A stretch of DNA of 64,000 nt from a virus. Where the stretch lies: IMG/VR virus record IMGVR_UViG_3300025769_000068; one strand, 5' to 3'. The position numbers and the translations under genes are program-made. Below are positions 38,287-48,143 of this stretch, piece after piece (within the stretch, counting starts at the first letter, position 1; the number at the start of each line of letters is the position of its first letter). The notes under the pieces were generated by a model. It did no database searches. It saw only the letters and a list, made by a program, of their open reading frames with translations, and had not been told where the DNA came from.

Positions 38287-39026
38287 AAACAATCTCTCAG
38301 TTTCTGGTAAGTTTTTACATTGTTAATTTTCTGTACGGGGTGCATATTTTGTATAACTTCTATATTATGTTTGGTTTTAATTAATTCATTAAAGGCTTCA
38401 AATAAAAATCTCTGTTTATAATTATCATTAGATATTACCTTTCTTAAATATTCTATAGTTTCATAACTGTTAAAAAAAATAATTTCAGACCAAGTGTAGT
38501 ATGCGCCAAAACCAAAATGTTCTGCAAAGTTTTTAGATCCGGTGTTTACTCCTATTTCAAGGTCGTCGTTTTTATCTATCTCTGTCATAACATATGAACT
38601 GTGACTACCGTTTAGAGATTTAAAAGTTTTAGAATCTATTATTAGACTACCATCGCATATAATAATCTTCTCGTTGTTTATATTATTTAAGCATAGCCTT
38701 ACGCTCTCGCAAGAGTTGGATTTGTCAAATATTTGATTCTCTATAATCCTAATATTAATATTTCTGTATTTATTTTTAACATATTTGCAAACCCTGTCAG
38801 AGTCATATCCAACGCATAAAACTATTTCAAAATTTTTAAACACACTTTTAATTGCGTTAATCTGGATATCAATTAATCTTTTTGTTTTAAAAGGTATTAA
38901 TGGTATTGCTCCATAGGATTTCATTCTATAGCCGGGACTATCGCAAAGAAAAACTATTGTAATTAATGAATCAGGCATTGTCGGTTTAAATCTAGGCGAT
39001 GTTATACATTGCTTTTTTACAGACAT
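38283..39026 (-). CDS. Nucleotidyltransferase-fold protein (LicC/MobA-like, divergent)
   Basis: IVFLCDSPGYRMKSYGAIPLI...LIDIQI...IVLCVGY...IIENQIFDKSNSCESVRLCL...IIICDGS aligns with the NTP-transferase pattern. Confidence 0.6.
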   Translation of the reverse strand: MSVKKQCITSPRFKPTMPDSLITIVFLCDSPGYRMKSYGAIPLIPFKTKRLIDIQINAIKSVFKNFEIVLCVGYDSDRVCKYVKNKYRNINIRIIENQIFDKSNSCESVRLCLNNINNEKIIICDGSLIIDSKTFKSLNGSHSSYVMTEIDKNDDLEIGVNTGSKNFAEHFGFGAYYTWSEIIFFNSYETIEYLRKVISNDNYKQRFLFEAFNELIKTKHNIEVIQNMHPVQKINNVKTYQKLRDCL

Positions 39027-39757
39027 GAATACAATTCTTTCTCTTTAGAGAATTTAATTACATTATCAATATTTTTAGCGTACTCTGCATTTTCATCGTT
39101 AAGGCTTTGCACCTTATAAGCTAGATTAGAAATAAACAATTCTTCGTCGCATTCTACTACAATTGCTTTTGTCATTTCGTTATTAATTAAGTTATTTACT
39201 TTTTCTAGAACATTTTCATTTTTTACTGCGTCTAAAATAACATGGAAAGACTTTCTTGTTTTTAAAAGTATAGAATGCATTGTCGTGTTGAAATCAATGT
39301 ATTGAGTCACGGGGCAGTCTATATTAAACTTACTAATAATTTTTCTGGAAAAATCTAGAATTTTATATTTTTCATGTAGATCATTACTCGATTTATGTAT
39401 TAGTCGAACATTAAACTTACCCTTGTAATTTAATAATTTTAGTATTGATTCTTGATCTAGATTTGAAATATCAGAACACTCTATAAACAAGTCAAAAGAT
39501 AGAGAAGATTGCTCGTTTGCAATTAATAATTCTTGATTTAAATCTTCATGCGTTTTTTGATTTCTATATAAGTTACAAAGTCTACCAATTACGTAAAATT
39601 CTTTTTCATCATCGTAAGCTTCTATGATTTCTTTTGCTTCTTTAAATTTTTCTAGTCTGTTTGCAAAACATCCCACTTGCGTGTCACCCTCGTAGACTGC
39701 AAATATGCATTCTTTGCAGGAAGTTTCAACCATTTTGTCTGATGGCTTTGATTTCAT
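39017..39757 (-). CDS. Hypothetical protein with N-terminal Cys cluster
   Basis: TSCKECIFA...QVGC...GRLCNLYR; 246 aa. Confidence 0.6.
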   Translation of the reverse strand: MKSKPSDKMVETSCKECIFAVYEGDTQVGCFANRLEKFKEAKEIIEAYDDEKEFYVIGRLCNLYRNQKTHEDLNQELLIANEQSSLSFDLFIECSDISNLDQESILKLLNYKGKFNVRLIHKSSNDLHEKYKILDFSRKIISKFNIDCPVTQYIDFNTTMHSILLKTRKSFHVILDAVKNENVLEKVNNLINNEMTKAIVVECDEELFISNLAYKVQSLNDENAEYAKNIDNVIKFSKEKELYSCL

Positions 39758-40148
39758 ATGTCGTTCCTTTGATTACCGAGGTATCAATCAATACTCCAAG
39801 AGATTTTAGAATTTTTTCTACTTCACAGCAATTTTGTAAAGAGCTTACATCTTTAAGTACTGCGCTGAATTGTTTTGAGTCTATGCTGTCGTTTACAAAA
39901 AGCGTACAACAAGATCTTAAATCAGTGCCATTTACTGAAAGCTTACCATTTAATCTTAGTTTTTGAACAGCAAGTGAAAGTACTTTTAATGATTCTTCAT
40001 ACTCCATTCTGTCAATACACTCTGTAATGTATATTTCTTCTGATGAGTGGTCAGTCACTTCCTGTAGTGCAGCTAATCCATATTTTGTTTCAATTACTTC
40101 AAACCCTTCAACCCCGTTTGTATTTTCATAACATATTTGTATTTTCAT
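39726..40148 (-). CDS. Truncated or degenerate class I methyltransferase-like protein
   Basis: SSEEIYITECIDRM...LSLAVQKLRLNGKLSV resembles the methyltransferase-11 C-terminal motif. No SAM-binding glycine loop is visible. Confidence 0.4.
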   Translation of the reverse strand: MKIQICYENTNGVEGFEVIETKYGLAALQEVTDHSSEEIYITECIDRMEYEESLKVLSLAVQKLRLNGKLSVNGTDLRSCCTLFVNDSIDSKQFSAVLKDVSSLQNCCEVEKILKSLGVLIDTSVIKGTTYEIKAIRQNG

Positions 40149-40150
40149 TT

Positions 40151-41140
40151 TTATTTAGCCTCATAAATTTCATCAAAAGTTTCGTTCCAGTTTTTAATAA
40201 ATTGTTCCTCTGAAAATAATTCTTTAATTGTTTTCCTAGCATTTTCCCCCAAGTTCTTTCTTAGATCTTGGTCTTTTAAAAGAGTTTTCACATACATTTT
40301 TAATTCTTCTTCGTCATTAGATACATATCCGTTCTTCCCATTGTCTATCACCTCTGGAATCATACAGGTCGAGGTTGAAACAATCGCGCAACCGCAACTC
40401 ATAGCCTCTAGTAATGACATTGGTATTGGACTAAGGGTAGTAGTATTTAAATAAACAGAGCATTTATTATACTCTTCTACTAATTCATTTACATCTTTGC
40501 AATTTTTTGTACCATCTCCGTTGCCCTCTCCTACTAATTTTGTTTTTAACCCTTGTGTAACTCTTTCCCAGCCAGAGTAATTTAAACAGTAATCTCTTTC
40601 TTTAAACTTATTCGCTACTGTTAAAACATAATCTTCTTTTTCGACTTCTTTCTGGCAAAATATATCAGTGTCAAGTCCGTGATGAATAACTTTAGAGTTT
40701 TCTAAAATTCCCCATTGCTGTCTAGAAAAATCTGATATAAAAACATTTTTGTTTCCAACCATCTTTTTCATTTGTTCTATATGCTCTGTCTTAATAGTTT
40801 GTGGTGTTGGCAAGGTGTGTTCTAAAACAATTACCTTCATGGGAAATTTCTGTAAAATATCCATAGCGACTTGGTATTGCCAGTATTTACTTTGAATCAA
40901 CATAAAATCATATTCTATAAAACTAACCATTTGGTTTTTGGGCAATATATAATAATTCTCTGGAACTTTTGCTTGCTCTTTATTCCAAGTCTTGTTATTA
41001 TCTAAACTAAAAGAATAAAAATTATGCCCAGTTTTACACAGTTGAGTTTCATATCTTTCGTGAGTAGGAAAAGTAAGAATATTATATTTTTCCTTTTTGT
41101 TTGAATTGCAGGATTCAATAATTTTTTGTACACTATTCAC
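40151..41140 (-). CDS. Glycosyltransferase family 4 (GT-B)
   Basis: VIHHGLDTDIF...SPIPMSLLEAMSCGCAIVST...EVIDNGKNGY. Confidence 0.9.
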   Translation of the reverse strand: MNSVQKIIESCNSNKKEKYNILTFPTHERYETQLCKTGHNFYSFSLDNNKTWNKEQAKVPENYYILPKNQMVSFIEYDFMLIQSKYWQYQVAMDILQKFPMKVIVLEHTLPTPQTIKTEHIEQMKKMVGNKNVFISDFSRQQWGILENSKVIHHGLDTDIFCQKEVEKEDYVLTVANKFKERDYCLNYSGWERVTQGLKTKLVGEGNGDGTKNCKDVNELVEEYNKCSVYLNTTTLSPIPMSLLEAMSCGCAIVSTSTCMIPEVIDNGKNGYVSNDEEELKMYVKTLLKDQDLRKNLGENARKTIKELFSEEQFIKNWNETFDEIYEAK

Positions 41141-42248
41141 TTAAGTAGTCCTTTATTTTGTTAGCAATGTTCTCATAACTAAATTGTTTGGCACGTTCTA
41201 AACCAGATGCGCGATCAATATTATCTCTGTTCTCGTAATAATATCTCATTTGTTTTTTAGTTTCTGATTCACTAGGCTCAAACCATTCTTCTCTACCAGT
41301 AAAAATGTGAGGAAATGCAGCGTCTGGACAGTTGCATACATTATAAATACCGTTGATTAAAGATCCAGTGTTTACATCAGAAGCATCTATAAAATCTTTA
41401 GGACCACCTTCATTGCTACATATCGGAGTATTACCAAAAGCCATTGCGTCAAAAGCTGGTATAGACCACGCTTCTCCATGAGAAATAGTAATAAAGCAAT
41501 CACATCTTTGATGTATAGAATTAATTTGATCCGACGTTAAATCTTCAGTTACAACTATTTCTGAACAAAATTTTTCTAGGCTTGGTTTAGTTCTTATGGT
41601 TTTTTTTATACTTGTAGAGTTATCTGTATATATTTTTCTAAGCTGTTCTTTAGTAGTGCCAAACTTATTAATCTTTACTAGCAAAGCCACTTTTTCGTCG
41701 TTGCAAAACTCGCTATGAAAAGATTTAATTATAGAGTCTATATTCTTTCTACTATTGTAGTCTCCAATGTAGTAAAATATAAATTTGTCTTTCATGTCTT
41801 GTAGATTAATTTTTTCATACTCTTTAGAGTATACTGATAAATCAAAACAATGCGGAACAATTTTACAATTTTTTATACCAGCATCGCTTACCACCTTGTG
41901 CAAAGTTTTATTAGCAACCCATACTTCGTCTACTAGGCGTAAATTATTTGTCCACTCATTTTGTTTCATGTTATTCGTTTCATATTCAAAATAAGCTACG
42001 TTTTTCTTGAATTTAGTTGTAGAAACCAAATGATGTGGCAATACGTGTTGTATACAATAATCTACATTATCTAAAGATTTATTTTCTAGTTCTATAACCC
42101 GCTGTGGAATATCTACGTACTTGTTTGTTAAAGAAACATTTCTGCAAACAACATCTATGCCTATAGAATCTAAAGCTTGAATAAAATCTATTGAAGCTTT
42201 TGCCCAACCACCACCTTCTCTGTAATGTCCTATGAATAATACTTTCAT
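41133..42248 (-). CDS. Glycosyltransferase family 4 (GT-B)
   Basis: RKNIDSIIKSF...DCFITISHGEAWSIPAFDAMAFGNTPI. Confidence 0.9.
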   Translation of the reverse strand: MKVLFIGHYREGGGWAKASIDFIQALDSIGIDVVCRNVSLTNKYVDIPQRVIELENKSLDNVDYCIQHVLPHHLVSTTKFKKNVAYFEYETNNMKQNEWTNNLRLVDEVWVANKTLHKVVSDAGIKNCKIVPHCFDLSVYSKEYEKINLQDMKDKFIFYYIGDYNSRKNIDSIIKSFHSEFCNDEKVALLVKINKFGTTKEQLRKIYTDNSTSIKKTIRTKPSLEKFCSEIVVTEDLTSDQINSIHQRCDCFITISHGEAWSIPAFDAMAFGNTPICSNEGGPKDFIDASDVNTGSLINGIYNVCNCPDAAFPHIFTGREEWFEPSESETKKQMRYYYENRDNIDRASGLERAKQFSYENIANKIKDYLSE

Positions 42249-43903
42249 CTTAATCCAAAAGCCTCCGCTCTTTTTTGTTCCCAATAATTTTTTCTATTAC
42301 GCAGCGCTGCCATGTTATTGTAAGCATCTTTGATTCCAAACTGCTGTCTAGTATTTCTACCGTCAAAACTTGCAGACATCTCATTGTAGTACATCCCGCC
42401 AGTTGTAGCTGTAGAACACTCATATATTAAATCTCTTACAAGTCTTGCCTCCATAAATGAATGAATTTTACTTGGCTCCTTTAGGACATTTGTTATTAAC
42501 CATCTAGCTAATTCTGAATGTTTAACATTCGGAGGTAATTCTTCAGGCATGGGGTCTGGTCTTTGTATGTCTATTGGAGACATCCAAGTTTCACTGGATG
42601 GTTTTACTTCTACCGTGTCAAAGTAACTTTCCCACACTCTACCAGATTTATCCCACTGGAAATGTTCTAGAAAATTATTTCTAGTTTTAAATCCTTGTTG
42701 TTTTCTTATTTCTTGCGGTAAATCAAAAAATTCTTTAAACAATTTAGCTGCTAATTTATTATCAGGCACAGCCCTTAAACATCCAGTTTCTAATTCTTTA
42801 TACAAAGCCTTGGGAGTAATTGCAGTTCCTTCAAGCTGTCTAATTACGCTTTCCATAGCTGAGTAGTCTGTAGCCATAACAGGAATTCCACACGCAGCAG
42901 CCTCTACTTGTGGTAGACCAAAGCCTTCGCAGTTAGCATATTGAACGTAAAGATCAAACAAATTTATAATAGTAGATAAATCTTGATAATCTAAACCGTT
43001 CTTTACATTAGATAGTGTAGAACCCCACTTGCCAGTATATGGAGACTGAGATGAAGCCCCTTTGAAAAGAGAAGGAAATGGCTTCTTAGTTTCTGGACAC
43101 ACATAAGTAAATAGAACGTGAGATGATAGTTGATGTTGCTGTAAAAGCTCTGGTATTTCCCACCCCAAGTCTGGATAACTTGTATGACAATACAACATAT
43201 ATTCATTTGGGTTTTCAGACTGGTCTAAAAATAATCTAAAAGCTTCAAATAGGTCTGGATATAATTTTCTTCTTTGGTTTCGCATCACAGTTCCAATAAT
43301 TTTTTTATCTGGATCTATGCCAAACATTTTTCTTATCGCCAAGCCATTTTTTGGTTCATACGCTGGATGAGCAGATGGAGGTGCAGAGCCAATATAATTA
43401 ATCTTACCACCTGATTGATCCTTTAAAACCTCTCCAGCCCAATTAGAGTAACTTAAACAAGCATCTGCTGAAGCATATGTAGCTATCCACTGCCTTGCTT
43501 GGGGACGAGCATCTACAGTAGGCATAATACACCACTTAAAAAAGTCTCTATAAGGAGACCTTTCTGCAAAGTCTAACATCCAAAAATCTCTAATGTCACA
43601 CACTATATCTGGTTGAAAATCTAAACAGATTCTTTCAAAAGCATGTTCTCCAAATTGCTTTACAGGGTTAGAGTTATAATCTCTTTTTTCTTCTTCGCTA
43701 GCTCCATCTGGAGGCATTACACCATAGAACTTCCAAGGGATTCCAGTAGCTCTTGGATCATTGTCTTGAGCGTATGCAGCTAGTTCTGCTAGTTCGTACT
43801 TGTTTGTTGAATGTAAATAATTTAATATTTCTCTAGTATAAGTAGAATATCCAGTATTGAGAAATGTGGCCTCTGTGCAAAATATAATTCTTTTTTTTCT
43901 CAT
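42245..43903 (-). CDS. Glycosyltransferase family 4 (GT-B)
   Basis: VMRNQRRKLYPDLFEAF...EGFGLPQVEAAACGIPVMATDYSAM. Confidence 0.9.
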   Translation of the reverse strand: MRKKRIIFCTEATFLNTGYSTYTREILNYLHSTNKYELAELAAYAQDNDPRATGIPWKFYGVMPPDGASEEEKRDYNSNPVKQFGEHAFERICLDFQPDIVCDIRDFWMLDFAERSPYRDFFKWCIMPTVDARPQARQWIATYASADACLSYSNWAGEVLKDQSGGKINYIGSAPPSAHPAYEPKNGLAIRKMFGIDPDKKIIGTVMRNQRRKLYPDLFEAFRLFLDQSENPNEYMLYCHTSYPDLGWEIPELLQQHQLSSHVLFTYVCPETKKPFPSLFKGASSQSPYTGKWGSTLSNVKNGLDYQDLSTIINLFDLYVQYANCEGFGLPQVEAAACGIPVMATDYSAMESVIRQLEGTAITPKALYKELETGCLRAVPDNKLAAKLFKEFFDLPQEIRKQQGFKTRNNFLEHFQWDKSGRVWESYFDTVEVKPSSETWMSPIDIQRPDPMPEELPPNVKHSELARWLITNVLKEPSKIHSFMEARLVRDLIYECSTATTGGMYYNEMSASFDGRNTRQQFGIKDAYNNMAALRNRKNYWEQKRAEAFGLR

Positions 43904-44217
43904 TCGTCTACATACTCCTGATTACAAATATCAAATTCATTTATTCTAAATATAATTCTGTCGTCATCTTTAGATTTGTTTTTTGCGGAAGCCTGTATAG
44001 TCATTTTACTACCTTTAGTAGCAAACCTTTCAATTGTTTCTGCTCCAGTATGCCATGCTTCACACTGTAAGTATGTGGGTATTCTACTTTTTTCACCCGT
44101 GCTTTTAGCTCTTCTGTAATTATAGACTACTAGCGTAAATTCAGCTAGTACTATGTCTCCAACCATAGTGGTGCGTGGATTTTCTACAAGATATCCAGTG
44201 AGGCAGCAATTGTTCAT
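43900..44217 (-). CDS. ssb: Single-stranded DNA-binding protein (short OB fold)
   Basis: MNNCCLTGYLVENP...AEFTLVV...YLQCEAW...AETIERFATKGS matches the bacterial SSB pattern. Confidence 0.8.
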   Translation of the reverse strand: MNNCCLTGYLVENPRTTMVGDIVLAEFTLVVYNYRRAKSTGEKSRIPTYLQCEAWHTGAETIERFATKGSKMTIQASAKNKSKDDDRIIFRINEFDICNQEYVDE

Positions 44218-44265
44218 ATTCTCTCCTATCCTAGTATATTAGCTTGTACAGCTAAAAAAAACCAT

Positions 44266-45843
44266 TTAAATTTCATGAATTTTATCTACTATAAGTGATG
44301 TTTCATGTTTTGCTACAGAGCCACAGAAAATAAGGTTATTACCTTCATATAAAACATATTTATATTTTTGCCTAATTTTTGGAAATACTACAACGCTGTC
44401 TAATGAACATGTGTCATCTTCAATAGTTAAAAAGGCCATCATTTGACCTTTTGAATCACCTTTACTTATCGTATAGTCAGCAATTCTTTGTACATTACCT
44501 ACCACGCAAAGGTTTTTCCCCTTCTTGCCATTGACAATTTCTTTGCACGTAGTGTTTGCAGCAGATTTATCCGCTGCGTCTATTTTAGTCATTGTAATTG
44601 GACACCCTAAAAATCTAGCTTCTTGATCTATAATCCAACCGGGATCGTCATCTAGGCTAAAAGGAGGGTCTAGCAGAAGTTGTATCTCATTTTCTACAAC
44701 TTGCCTTCTTGCTATTTTACTAGTGCCACCACCTTCTTTCTTCGTTGGTGCTAGTGATTTTAAACAGTCTACAAAATCTGTCCATTTGTTATCTTTATAG
44801 TTTGTTTGTATCCAAGTTTGTTCTGCTTTAGTTAAAGTTCTGTATATCTCATAATCATATATGGCTTTATTTCTTGTGATTCTACCATCAAAGTCTCTAA
44901 AAAAGCCTACAGAAGCTAAAGCCTTGAAAGCTGTTGATGAAACCTTGGGAGCAAAGAACAATAGTATTTCTACCCAAGTAAATTTAGTTATCAGTTTTTT
45001 ACATTCTGATTCTACTTCTTTTATACCATCAATAACTTTGTCGCCAGTTTTACCTGTTAATGATTTAATATCTTTTATACCAAAGTATATCTTACCCTTT
45101 TTAACATTAAACTTAGTATCAAAATTAGCTAGGCTAGGAGTTCTTGCTTCAATGTCAAATAGCTTTGCTTCAGACAACAATTCATATACTTCCCTGTGAG
45201 GGTCTTGCTTTTCGTTAGCATAGTATAAATATGATAAGAAAAATTGTTCTGTGTTATGAGACTTTTGAAAGGCGCTCCAGTATGAACAAACAGCGTATGA
45301 AATGCTGTGTGATTTATTGAAAGCATACCTAGCAGATGCTTGAATCCAGCCAAATATTTCTTCTGCTTCTTCTTTATTTACTGTTCCAACTTTTTTTGCA
45401 CCAGCAATAAATTTTTTCTTAACCTTCGCCATGAGGTCTGCTTTTTTCTTACCAATAGCTTTACGTAGTTCATCTGCTTCCTCAAGATTAAATCCAGCAA
45501 TTTTTTGCGCAATACGCATAGACTGTTCTTGATAAACTAGAACTCCATAGGTTGGAGCTAAAATTTCCTCTAAAGAGTCATGTAGATAGGTGACTTCTTC
45601 TCGACCATGCTTACGGTCGATAAAGTGTTGAGTCATAGACTTACCATCCACGAAAGCTTTTAAACATCCGGGCCGTATAATAGCAATTAATGCTGACAAT
45701 TCTTCAATATTGTTTGGAGAAAGCTTCTTTGACCAAGATTTACCAAGATTGCTCTCTAGCTGGAATATCCCTTTGGTTTTTCCGTCAGAAAATAATTGCC
45801 AAGTTTTCTTGTCGTCGTACTTATTTGACGTATAAATTTCCAT
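44266..45843 (-). CDS. dnaE: DNA polymerase III alpha, C-terminal part (fingers, HhH, OB)
   Basis: GIFQLES, IAIIRPG, TYGVLVYQEQ, ADELRKAIGKKK, YAFNKSHS, MAFLTIED. Confidence 0.92.
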   Translation of the reverse strand: MEIYTSNKYDDKKTWQLFSDGKTKGIFQLESNLGKSWSKKLSPNNIEELSALIAIIRPGCLKAFVDGKSMTQHFIDRKHGREEVTYLHDSLEEILAPTYGVLVYQEQSMRIAQKIAGFNLEEADELRKAIGKKKADLMAKVKKKFIAGAKKVGTVNKEEAEEIFGWIQASARYAFNKSHSISYAVCSYWSAFQKSHNTEQFFLSYLYYANEKQDPHREVYELLSEAKLFDIEARTPSLANFDTKFNVKKGKIYFGIKDIKSLTGKTGDKVIDGIKEVESECKKLITKFTWVEILLFFAPKVSSTAFKALASVGFFRDFDGRITRNKAIYDYEIYRTLTKAEQTWIQTNYKDNKWTDFVDCLKSLAPTKKEGGGTSKIARRQVVENEIQLLLDPPFSLDDDPGWIIDQEARFLGCPITMTKIDAADKSAANTTCKEIVNGKKGKNLCVVGNVQRIADYTISKGDSKGQMMAFLTIEDDTCSLDSVVVFPKIRQKYKYVLYEGNNLIFCGSVAKHETSLIVDKIHEI

Positions 45844-46501
45844 TTGCAAATGCCTTATCTAGTTCAATGTTCTGGTAGACCGCTCTGTGAGTCTTCAATA
45901 GTTTTATAAATATATTGGCTGTATCCTTAACGTCCTGCAATGCATCGTGGGCATTTTCTTTAGACAATCCCATACGTTCTCGCAGAGTATCCATACTGAT
46001 TGATCGTATGCTGGGATCTCCTTCAGTCCACATATGCATATTGTCCATGACATCACATTTATGGATCTTGCTAAAGATCTTTTGTTGATTTCTACCTTCG
46101 TCAAATGGACCATACTCTTGGCATAATCTATTGATAATAATCATATCAAACCCAATAATATTAAAGCCTACTGGAATAGGATTAAAGAAGGGGTCTTTTT
46201 TCCAATTATACTTGTCTACAAATGAGCAGAACTTTTTCCACACTGATTTTAATGTGGGAGCTTTAGCTAAATCTTTCCTATTCTTCCCCGTGACTTTTAG
46301 CGCTCCGTCCTCAATTGGATCTAATCCAGCGGCGATTGCGGCTTCATCATTTAGAATAGGTCTAATTTCGCTGTTAAAAGTTCCTTTCATAGACAAGTTT
46401 CTTCCGTCTAATGCTAACGCAGCAATTTGAGTCGGTTGTGTCTTATGAGGATTGCGGCTTCCTGTTTCAAAATCAAATACAATATAGTCTCTATTCGCCA
46501 T
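45821..46501 (-). CDS. DEDDh 3'-5' exonuclease (DnaQ/epsilon-like)
   Basis: ExoI VFDFETG, ExoII GFNIIGFD, ExoIII AHDALQD. Confidence 0.9.
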   Translation of the reverse strand: MANRDYIVFDFETGSRNPHKTQPTQIAALALDGRNLSMKGTFNSEIRPILNDEAAIAAGLDPIEDGALKVTGKNRKDLAKAPTLKSVWKKFCSFVDKYNWKKDPFFNPIPVGFNIIGFDMIIINRLCQEYGPFDEGRNQQKIFSKIHKCDVMDNMHMWTEGDPSIRSISMDTLRERMGLSKENAHDALQDVKDTANIFIKLLKTHRAVYQNIELDKAFANGNLYVK

Positions 46502-48059
46502 TTTTTATTTCCTTAATTTTCATGAGTTTATCTAGAAGGTTAATTCCTAGAACGTCAAATTTAACATGACCTAGTGCTTCTAGATCTGACATTTCTAATC
46601 CTGCTATCTTTTCTGTAGAACCTTTCTGTGCTACCATAGGGCATACATTTTTTAGTTTATCTTTAGATATTACAACGCCAGCAGCATGTTTACCCTGTGT
46701 TTTAAATGTGCCTTCTATGTCAATTGCTTGTTGAAAATATCCTGCATAATCACCTTCAAGCTTTCCATCATCAGTGATGTGGCAAAAATCTCTTAGCTCA
46801 TCTGCACGGTTTATTAGAGACCATCTAATAATTGATCTATCTTCATCGTCCATGTCTGCCAGTTGATCAGATATATCTGCTTCATTAGGCACACTCTTAG
46901 TTATAGCATTCATTTCACTAAAAGAACAAGCCTCGTTTATACGAAGTACTTCTTTAATTGCACTACGCCCTTGTAGTCTACCAAATGTAATCATCTGACT
47001 CACATGTTCATTACCATAAGTATCTTTTAAATAATCTATAACGTCATCTCTACGTTTGCCCGGAACGTCCATGTCGATATCAGGTAAAGACACATGACCG
47101 CCTGTGTTTCTACCAGCATTATAGAACCTCTCAAAAATTAGATCATGTTCTACTGGATCAATTTTAGTGATGCCAATTAGATAGGATATTAAACATCCAG
47201 CAGCAGATCCACGCCCCGGTCCAGCTAAACATCCCATATCTTTTTCTACGTGTTGAATAATATCTTGCACAATAAGAAAATATCCAAATAGATCAGCATC
47301 CTTTATAACTTGTAGCTCTTTCCTAAATCTGTCGCCATAGATTTGCTGTAGTCCTTCATCATCCCCAACCTTGTCTTTTAGAAAGTTTCTATATCCTTCA
47401 CGCGCCATGTCAGTTAGATATTCTTCTTGCGACAATCCTCTTGGACATACAAACTTTGGAAGCATAGGAGGATTTAATATTTCATAATCTTCACACGACT
47501 CGTATATGTATTGCAGTTCTTTAGTTGCCTTACCCTTTGTTATACATTTGTTATCATTAGTAAAGTATTCTAATATCTCTGGCTCTAATTCATTTTTTCT
47601 AATCTTGGTTTGTATTTTAGGCAGCGTAGTCTTTAGGGCAGAGCATAGTAGCACCCTGTGCAGCACTGCTTGTTCTTTTTTAGCATAATAAGATGGCTTG
47701 ATATTATCTTTAGACTTTGGTAATGCCACAAGATTATTTCTGCTTATAATATCTTTAGCAATATCTGTTGGCATATTTCCATCTGTATTAGTCATTGATA
47801 CCATCTGTATAAGATCGTGCCAGCCATCTTTGTTTTTAGCGTACACTGTGGTGTTGTCAAATGAACAGCCAATGATTGGTTTGATGCCAACCTTCTTGCA
47901 GGCTTGATGGAAAGATACTGCGCCTGATATAGATTTATAATCTGTAATACCACAGGCTGGATAGTCATTGTCCGCACAAATCTTTGCAAGTTCGTGCGGC
48001 TTAGAGAATCCTTTTAGTAAACTATAATGCGTAAAATTCTTCAATGGAAACCAGTTCAA
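46491..48059 (-). CDS. dnaE: DNA polymerase III alpha, N-terminal part (PHP and palm)
   Basis: THYSLL, GPGRGSAAG, FERF, PDIDMD, HAAGVVI, KFDVLG. TTG start with GAGGAGG SD. Confidence 0.92.
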   Translation of the reverse strand: MNWFPLKNFTHYSLLKGFSKPHELAKICADNDYPACGITDYKSISGAVSFHQACKKVGIKPIIGCSFDNTTVYAKNKDGWHDLIQMVSMTNTDGNMPTDIAKDIISRNNLVALPKSKDNIKPSYYAKKEQAVLHRVLLCSALKTTLPKIQTKIRKNELEPEILEYFTNDNKCITKGKATKELQYIYESCEDYEILNPPMLPKFVCPRGLSQEEYLTDMAREGYRNFLKDKVGDDEGLQQIYGDRFRKELQVIKDADLFGYFLIVQDIIQHVEKDMGCLAGPGRGSAAGCLISYLIGITKIDPVEHDLIFERFYNAGRNTGGHVSLPDIDMDVPGKRRDDVIDYLKDTYGNEHVSQMITFGRLQGRSAIKEVLRINEACSFSEMNAITKSVPNEADISDQLADMDDEDRSIIRWSLINRADELRDFCHITDDGKLEGDYAGYFQQAIDIEGTFKTQGKHAAGVVISKDKLKNVCPMVAQKGSTEKIAGLEMSDLEALGHVKFDVLGINLLDKLMKIKEIKNGE

Positions 48060-48082
48060 TCTTTCCTCCTCAATTATAAGTT

Positions 48083-48134
48083 GCCAGATAACACTGTGAA
48101 TCTAGAATGAACTAGATGATGGTTTGAATCTGGC
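48083..48134 (-). ncRNA. Structured dual-arm element, unit 2
   Basis: + strand: GCCAGA TAAC-ACTG-TGAA TCTAG AATGAA CTAGA TGAT-GGTT-TGAA TCTGGC. Confidence 0.7.
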
Positions 48135-48143
48135 TTTGTATGG

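Noticed and set aside
45821-46510. Split intein or group I intron joining the dnaE halves
   Set aside because: There are no intein terminal motifs, and the intervening sequence is fully occupied by an intact DEDDh gene with its own SD, leaving no room for an intron core.
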